DNA of 64,000 nt from IMG/VR virus record IMGVR_UViG_3300008259_002957; one strand, given 5' to 3'. Position 1 is the first letter of the stretch. Every line of letters begins with the position of its first letter. The DNA comes from a virus. Lineage: Duplodnaviria > Caudoviricetes. The notes under the pieces were generated by a model. That model saw only the letters and a program-made list of their open reading frames with translations, was not told the origin of the DNA and made no database searches. Of the stretch, positions 58,301 to 64,000 are shown in pieces. Both the position numbers and the translations under genes were made by a program.

Positions 58301-61300
58301 AAGTTTATGAATACGAATCAACCAACGGGTTGCATATTCCTCCTACGCCAACAAAAATAGGATTGTATCCTAAGTATCATCCTGTTATCATTGAAGATAA
58401 TACTTATGCAACTCCAAGACGAATGATACAGGGTCACGATGGCAGTCTTACTCTAGCATTTGATGATTATAGAGACGAACTTATTCTTGAACTTGAATAT
58501 AGAATCTTTAATAATATTAAAACACAGTACAATACTGATTTAGTAGATATCAACGACTTTGTTCCTAGTATTAGTAGATCAACAGGATTTTCTATCACAG
58601 ATATAAATCGTGCAATGACAGCAGATTTTTCTCAATGGCTTGACATCGCTGGAAATCCAAACTTTGCAGAACACAACTTTTGGAACAACGAGAATTCGTT
58701 TACTTTTAACTATTCTAGAACCACAGACAAAGACAGCAACCCGTTAACTGGTTACTGGAGAAGTATCTACAAGTTCTATTATGACACAGATAGACCGCAC
58801 ACCAATCCGTGGGAAATGATTGGTTTTACAATTAAACCAACTTGGTGGGAATCAGTGTACGGCGCTGCACCGTACACCAAGGACAATCTTGTTCTCTGGA
58901 GAGACCTGTCACAGGGTATTGTTAGAGAGCCCGGTAAAGCAGTTATTAGAAATAAAAAATACCAAAGACTGGATCTATTAACTTATATTCCAGTAGACGA
59001 GTACGGTCGTTTACTAAGCCCATTAGAAAGCAACATTGCAAAGAACTTTATTCTAACAGAATCAAAGAACGTCTTTACATTTGGAGATCAAGCACCAGTT
59101 GAAACAGCATGGAGACGTAGCAGCGAATATCCGTTTAGTTTATTAACTGCATGGATACTGCTACAACCATCAAAGATAATTGGACTTGGTTACGATTATA
59201 GCAGAACAGAACGTGACCTTGCAGGTAACATTATCTACAAAGATACACAAAAGAGAATTGCACTTTCTGATTTAGTATTTCCTGCTATATCGTTAAACGA
59301 CACGTTAAATCTAACATCTGGACTAGTTAATTATGTTAGTAACTATATGGCAAGTAGAGTTGCTATTAGATACACAGACTATAAAGAACAATTAACCAAT
59401 CTAACAAATCAACTGGCAATTAAACTAGGCGGATTCACAGACAAGTCAAAACTAAAACTAGTTCTAGACAGTAGAAGTCCGCTTAACAAAAGCAGCGTAT
59501 TTGTGCCGGACGAAAACTATCAGGTTATACTTAATACCAGCAGTCCTTTAGAAACTGCGGTACTAAGTGGTATTATTATTGAAAAAACTGAATCAGGATA
59601 TGTAATTTCTGGATACGACAAAGAAGATCCGGTCTTTAATTATTATACTCCAAAAGACAGAACTGTAGATCCGTCTATAACAGTTGGTGGAATTAGTGAA
59701 AAGTTTGTTGAATGGGATTCTGGAAAAGATTATGTTTCTGGATTAGTAGTTCTTTACAACGCTTTTTATTACAGAACTAAAATTACACACACCAGCACTG
59801 ATGAGTTTGATTCAACAAAGTTTGTTAAACTTGCCGAGTTGCCAATTGTTGGCGGATTAACTGCTATACTAAGACGAGACTTTGAAACAGAAGTATCGCA
59901 ACTTGTATACGGTTCGTTGTTGGAATCTGTGCAAGATGTAGTTGACTTTATGCTTGGATACGAAAAGTATCTAACCGACAGTGGTTTTAAATTTGAATTT
60001 TATAATACTGAAACTGAAGCAGTAGAAGATATGAAACTTTGTGTTAAAGAATTTATGTTCTGGGTAACACAAAATTGGGACAATAGTACAGTGCTTGTAG
60101 TAAGTCCTGTTGCTAACAAAGTAGTATTTGAAAAGCAGTATTTTGTAGTAGATGATATATATGATTCATTCTACGAATATAGTATCTTAGCAGGCGACGG
60201 ATCTAAAATAAGTAAAGATTTCTCAAACATTTTTAGAGACAACTCAAATACCTTTGGTGTTAAGCCTATTAACATTGACGACGGAATTTATCTAGTTAAG
60301 TTACCACTTGTTCAAAAAGAACATGTTATTTTAATTGACAATGAAACTGTGTTTAATGACGTTATCTACGATAAGATTCCTGGTTATAGACAAGAGCGTA
60401 TCAAGGTTGTTGGTTACAGAACCGATAACTGGAACGGCGGATTAAACATTCCTGGATTTATCTACGACAACGCCAAAGTAAAAAATTGGTCAACTTACAC
60501 TGACTATGCAATCGGCGATGTAGTTAAGTACAAAGAATTCTTCTACAGTTCAAACATCAAACACACTAGCGACGAATTTTTCAATGCCAATCGTTGGAAC
60601 AGACTAGATGAACGTCCTGAACCTCGTATGCTTCCAAACTGGGATTACAAAGCAGCACAGATTTCTGATTTCTACGATCTTGAAACAGACAACTTTGATA
60701 CTGAACAGGAACGACTTGCACAACACTTAATTGGTTACCAGAAGAGAGAATATCTTGCAAACATTATCACAGATAGTGTAAGCCAGTACAAGTTTTATCA
60801 AGGATTTATTCAAGACAAGGGTACTAAAAATTCATTAACAAAACTGTTCGATGCATTGAGCAGTGCAAACACCGATAGTCTTGAATTCTACGAAGAGTGG
60901 GCAATTCGTCTAGGACAGTACGGTGCAATTGATAACCTTGTGGAAGTTGAATATCTATTAGACGAAAGCAAGTATAGACTTGAGCCACAGATTATTGAGT
61001 TGGTTAATAATATTTCTCCAACTAGAACAGACTTGGTTTACGAAATTGCTCCATTCCAGGCATATCAGAAGCCTGAAGATTATACTCATAAACCCTTTAC
61101 TATTTTAAATGATATCAAAACATATACAACCGACAACGGCTATGTTAGAGACCAAGAAATCTCGGAGATTGTCAACGACTATGACGGCATTCTTCAACTA
61201 GATATTGAACAGTATCAAGCAGGTGATTTCTTCTGGATTACAAATTACGATCAAGATTGGACAGTATTACGTATGGCAAGAACACCATACAACATTGTTG

Positions 61301-64000
61301 GTTTCCAAAACGAGATTCCTTTTGGTTTTAATCGTGACGACAACGGAGTTGTTGTTGAAGGCATAACTTTAACCATCGATCCAACACCAGACTTTATCGA
61401 AGGTGAAATCATTGGCATCAGTACAGCAGATACTGATCTAAAAGGTTTTTATAAACTACACAAACGAGTAGCCGATAAGATTTACTTGTTAACTGATAAA
61501 ACTTTTGCATCAGATTACGAATCTCCAGACAGTACAGAAGTTGCAATTGCAAGATTTGTTGAAAGAAGATTTGCAGATGCAAACTCAGTTAATCAAAGTA
61601 TTGAACAGTTAAGAAATGACATCAGTGACAAAATCTGGATTGACAACAAAGGTGACGGTAACTGGGGTGTATATACAAATAAAAACATATTTGCAGTACA
61701 AGATGAGATACTAAACCCAACCGAAGAAGGCGACGGGTTCTCTCATAGTTTTGATGCAAACGCATCAAATACTGTAATTGCAATATCAAGTTCATCTCCT
61801 AGACTAGACAGAGATGGCATTTTAAGAATCTATACTAGAAACATTGAATCCTTTACTACAAGTTTTTATCAAGCAGTAGAACCAACTGACGTTTATACTG
61901 GCGTTGGTGGATACGGATTCAGTGTTAGTGTAAGCCCCGATGGAAAATATATTGCAGTTGGTGCACCTTATGCAAGTAATGTTCAAACTAGATTTAGAGG
62001 AGACATTACTGTTGGCGAGAACTATGATCAGGGTGACATTGTAAGAAATAGAGGAACTCTTTGGAAAGCAAAAGTTGACGTGTTGGACTGGAATGCAGAC
62101 AGCACAATTACCGATGACAATCAAGATTGGGAATCTGCATATTTTATTGAAGCAACAACTAGCGTACTTGCTACTGCGTCGACTTATACTTCACAGGGTG
62201 TAGTGTACTTGTACGAAAGAGATACTTCTGGTACATACAACTTGTCTCACACAATTTGTAGTCCTAACCCTTCTACAAACGAAAGATTTGGCTACCGAGT
62301 TATTCTAAAGAATACACTTGATGGCAATGCCAAATTGTTTGTAGGTGCTCCTGGTGAAGAAAATGTAAGCAAAGGAAGAATTTATTTTATTGATAATTTA
62401 TCCGGAGAATGGACATACACAGTTGATAGAAACTACAAAGGATTGTATGAAACTACAGTAAATTATTATAGAAATAACATTGTATTCTATAACGGAACAT
62501 TAAGAACAATAATTTCTGATCTTATAGCACCGACTACTGAAGTTGATTTATTAGAAAGATCTGTGACTGTAAGCGACAACAATGTAGAATATACAGGATT
62601 TATTCCACGCTCAGACATCATCGATGGGGATCAAGACAGTGACTTTAATGATGCTGGTCTTGGCATAAAAAACATTGGTGAAAAGTTTGATGTTAACGCT
62701 CACGGTGATGTTTTGGTATTAGCAGCAAAAGGACAGTATGGTGTAATTGCCGAAGACTTAACTGCGATAACAGAGCGTGTTTCGATATACAGAAAGCCAC
62801 TTGATAGATGGCAATTTGCCCAATCCATTGATACAGAAGATAGCAAAGAAGATTTTGCTCATGTAATTTCAATCAACGACGCTGGTACAAAAATTGCTAT
62901 AGGTGCACCAACAAACGATGTCAACGGCATTGACAAAGGTTGCGTTTATGTCTATGCACAATCAACAGTTAATAATATTTCAACATTCCAAATTCAACAA
63001 ACACTGTCTAGTCCGTTTGATGAAAAGAATGAAGCATTTGGAAATGGTGTTGACTTTAATTCAAACAAGTTAGCAATCTCTAGCAAGAATAGTGATAGAA
63101 GAATTATAACTACTTTTGACACTTATTCTGAAATTTTACCTCCTACAGTTGTTGGGGTCGATGAACTTGGAAACAACATTGTTTCAAGATATGTATTAGA
63201 TTCTAATTCAACAGAGTTGACAAACAAAACTACATTTGATTCTGGAACAACTACTTTTATGACACTGGAAAAAGACGTAGGAAGAATAGGCGTATTCCAA
63301 GAAATTGGCGACTACTATATCTACGGCGAAGATCTACAGTATAACAGAAATACAAAATATAATAACATCAGTAACTTTAAGTTAAATGACAATCACATTT
63401 ATATTGGTTTACCAAAATTAAATCCGTCTACTACACTTGACAATGACTTGGTAGGAAATTATAATCTAACAGAAGATTCGTCATTGGGTGTATTTGCAGA
63501 TCTAAGAGCGCCTAAAAATACAAACAGTTGGGAACTACTAACAGCACAGTCTGAAAAAACTGATCTATCAAAAATACAACGTGTATTCTTGTACTCAGCA
63601 GACTTAAATGATATACTAACCAGCGTTGATCTAATTGATCCACGTCAGGGTAAAATTGCTGGCCCAGCAGAACAAGAAATTACATGGAAAACATTTTACG
63701 ATCCAGCAATCTATTCGAACAACGAAGAAAACAATCCGTCGGTTGTAGTTGACAGTTCGAGTAACTGGGCTGAAGAAAATGTAGGAAAATTATGGTGGGA
63801 TCTAAGTACCGCAAGTTGGTACAATTCTTATCAAGGTGATAGTCAATATAGAATTAGCACTTGGAACAAATTAATTCCTGGTGCAAGTATCGATGTTTAC
63901 GAATGGGTAGGTACAAAATATACACCTAGCGAATGGAACAGCAGAGCAGATTCCAATCGAGGATTTGCCGAAGGCATCAGTGGAACCACCAAGTACGACA
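55321..64000 (+). CDS. Giant baseplate/virion protein (gp7-like position), over 2,890 aa, truncated by the window end
   Basis: ATG overlaps the gp6 stop (MAYDKEQEDFPLPAG..FLPKYFRTD). The frame is open at several spot checks up to 64000 (..GFAEGISGTTKYD). It is missing from the ORF track, consistent with having no stop. Contains CBM5/12-like and FG-GAP-like motifs. Confidence 0.8.
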   Translation, partial: MAYDKEQEDFPLPAGNNNSITSATFLPKYFRTDTNRKFLGSTVDQMIQPGVVEKINSFVGRRYSVAATTNDSYLPDFTVDRENYQFEPVSLYKDELGNVEFYKDYNDYIGQIKNFKGSASNHSILNSQEFYSWDPHIDWDKFTNFREYYWLPIGPVPVDVVGQTREVVSTYSVSLIEDADNFAYVFSTDEFPSAPVLRNPTVKLYKGQTYRFEINTLGHPFSIAILRTFLDNDPTVGTDFVNQSTLYKKGVVVYTRDVFGNLIETTDEYIETGVIEFTVPDDAPEALYYISKNDVNVSGIFSVNNIVENSFIDVEKEIVGKKTYKTSSGVELSNGMKLSFKGLVTPATYSEGYFYVEGVGNSIQLVAEQDLEVPAIFTTLFEIPFDGENFGFDQYPYEDATSFPGTKDYIVINRVSADRNPWARYNRWFHRSLIEASFAANNLPVVIDEDARAKRPIIEFEAGLKLFNHGTKAKKNVNLIDTYTTDVFSTVEGSLGYNVDQVDLVDGMRVIFAADTDILVNGKIYEVRFITHNGRRQISLVETEDSAPATDDAVLILDGIDYKGKMFWYNGTQWKQSQEKTSVNQAPTFDLFDKDENSFNDNLVYPANNFRGNKVFSYKVGTGTADSELGFSLTYRNITNVGDIVFEFNLLSESVEYQIEPSGAANIFTDVGYLKKYNSAGTDFVYVNGWKKAIANSKQAVVRQYNVSSQVNNFRVDVYNNSGSLTDLFVKVFINGTRKELNKDFTIQNINGFATVVLTVNATVDDIVLLKCYSAAPKNSKGFYEVPINFEKNPLNENITTFTLGEVNDHVESIIEEVAEYTGSFPGISNLRDLGNVTAYGQKFVQHSGPVNLSLYHMTDKNSNIIKSIRYARKEYAKFKRKFLYEAEKTGFHGPVKDHVDLILSTIKKDFISSRPFYFGDMIGFGAARKTIHTIEYNGPAYFALSQNFNLTSLSTKAVNVYLNSEQLLHERDYTFTDSFVYVTLDLQDGDLIEVYEYESTNGLHIPPTPTKIGLYPKYHPVIIEDNTYATPRRMIQGHDGSLTLAFDDYRDELILELEYRIFNNIKTQYNTDLVDINDFVPSISRSTGFSITDINRAMTADFSQWLDIAGNPNFAEHNFWNNENSFTFNYSRTTDKDSNPLTGYWRSIYKFYYDTDRPHTNPWEMIGFTIKPTWWESVYGAAPYTKDNLVLWRDLSQGIVREPGKAVIRNKKYQRLDLLTYIPVDEYGRLLSPLESNIAKNFILTESKNVFTFGDQAPVETAWRRSSEYPFSLLTAWILLQPSKIIGLGYDYSRTERDLAGNIIYKDTQKRIALSDLVFPAISLNDTLNLTSGLVNYVSNYMASRVAIRYTDYKEQLTNLTNQLAIKLGGFTDKSKLKLVLDSRSPLNKSSVFVPDENYQVILNTSSPLETAVLSGIIIEKTESGYVISGYDKEDPVFNYYTPKDRTVDPSITVGGISEKFVEWDSGKDYVSGLVVLYNAFYYRTKITHTSTDEFDSTKFVKLAELPIVGGLTAILRRDFETEVSQLVYGSLLESVQDVVDFMLGYEKYLTDSGFKFEFYNTETEAVEDMKLCVKEFMFWVTQNWDNSTVLVVSPVANKVVFEKQYFVVDDIYDSFYEYSILAGDGSKISKDFSNIFRDNSNTFGVKPINIDDGIYLVKLPLVQKEHVILIDNETVFNDVIYDKIPGYRQERIKVVGYRTDNWNGGLNIPGFIYDNAKVKNWSTYTDYAIGDVVKYKEFFYSSNIKHTSDEFFNANRWNRLDERPEPRMLPNWDYKAAQISDFYDLETDNFDTEQERLAQHLIGYQKREYLANIITDSVSQYKFYQGFIQDKGTKNSLTKLFDALSSANTDSLEFYEEWAIRLGQYGAIDNLVEVEYLLDESKYRLEPQIIELVNNISPTRTDLVYEIAPFQAYQKPEDYTHKPFTILNDIKTYTTDNGYVRDQEISEIVNDYDGILQLDIEQYQAGDFFWITNYDQDWTVLRMARTPYNIVGFQNEIPFGFNRDDNGVVVEGITLTIDPTPDFIEGEIIGISTADTDLKGFYKLHKRVADKIYLLTDKTFASDYESPDSTEVAIARFVERRFADANSVNQSIEQLRNDISDKIWIDNKGDGNWGVYTNKNIFAVQDEILNPTEEGDGFSHSFDANASNTVIAISSSSPRLDRDGILRIYTRNIESFTTSFYQAVEPTDVYTGVGGYGFSVSVSPDGKYIAVGAPYASNVQTRFRGDITVGENYDQGDIVRNRGTLWKAKVDVLDWNADSTITDDNQDWESAYFIEATTSVLATASTYTSQGVVYLYERDTSGTYNLSHTICSPNPSTNERFGYRVILKNTLDGNAKLFVGAPGEENVSKGRIYFIDNLSGEWTYTVDRNYKGLYETTVNYYRNNIVFYNGTLRTIISDLIAPTTEVDLLERSVTVSDNNVEYTGFIPRSDIIDGDQDSDFNDAGLGIKNIGEKFDVNAHGDVLVLAAKGQYGVIAEDLTAITERVSIYRKPLDRWQFAQSIDTEDSKEDFAHVISINDAGTKIAIGAPTNDVNGIDKGCVYVYAQSTVNNISTFQIQQTLSSPFDEKNEAFGNGVDFNSNKLAISSKNSDRRIITTFDTYSEILPPTVVGVDELGNNIVSRYVLDSNSTELTNKTTFDSGTTTFMTLEKDVGRIGVFQEIGDYYIYGEDLQYNRNTKYNNISNFKLNDNHIYIGLPKLNPSTTLDNDLVGNYNLTEDSSLGVFADLRAPKNTNSWELLTAQSEKTDLSKIQRVFLYSADLNDILTSVDLIDPRQGKIAGPAEQEITWKTFYDPAIYSNNEENNPSVVVDSSSNWAEENVGKLWWDLSTASWYNSYQGDSQYRISTWNKLIPGASIDVYEWVGTKYTPSEWNSRADSNRGFAEGISGTTKYD

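Noticed and set aside
1-64000. Stop-codon reassignment (TAG or TGA recoding)
   Set aside because: Long genes are intact in the standard code. Real genes end almost only in TAA, with a few TGA, mostly in ATGA overlaps. The single TAG stop is the frameshift product at 14754, and read-through there meets TAA two codons later.
1-64000. CRISPR array, tRNA genes, rRNA, IS elements
   Set aside because: No regularly spaced DNA repeats, cloverleafs or transposase motifs were found by eye. Non-coding space is very limited.

Overview
A 64-kb segment of a large, AT-rich, T4-like (contractile-tail) myovirus genome, probably a jumbo or uncultured lineage, read in the standard genetic code. It covers most virion morphogenesis genes: tail sheath, neck and tail terminator (gp13/14/15), very large tail fibre and structural proteins, head genes (gp23, gp22, gp21, acidic core protein, gp20), tape measure, and hub and baseplate genes (gp26/gp51-like, gp48/54-like, gp53, gp27-like, gp5, gp25, gp6). 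A giant gp7-like ORF runs off the window end. It also holds gp46/gp47, a gp55-like late sigma factor, a GIY-YIG nuclease, a dNMP kinase, a Nudix hydrolase, a methyltransferase and glycosyltransferases. Late promoters (TAAATA) and sigma70-type promoters (TTGACA-N17-TANNNT) are both visible. The strongest new signals are: (1) a textbook -1 ribosomal frameshift signal (U UUU UUC, 5-6 nt spacer, long hairpin) that would fuse the gp26-like protein to a start-less gp51-like ORF, like lambda G/GT; (2) a ~390-nt highly base-paired non-coding region with two predicted loop-loop pseudoknots directly behind the GIY-YIG gene; (3) a frameshifted ~2,730-aa tail fibre; (4) a glycosyltransferase with 8 degenerate copies of its own fold. 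All family calls come from motif recognition by eye, not database searches.
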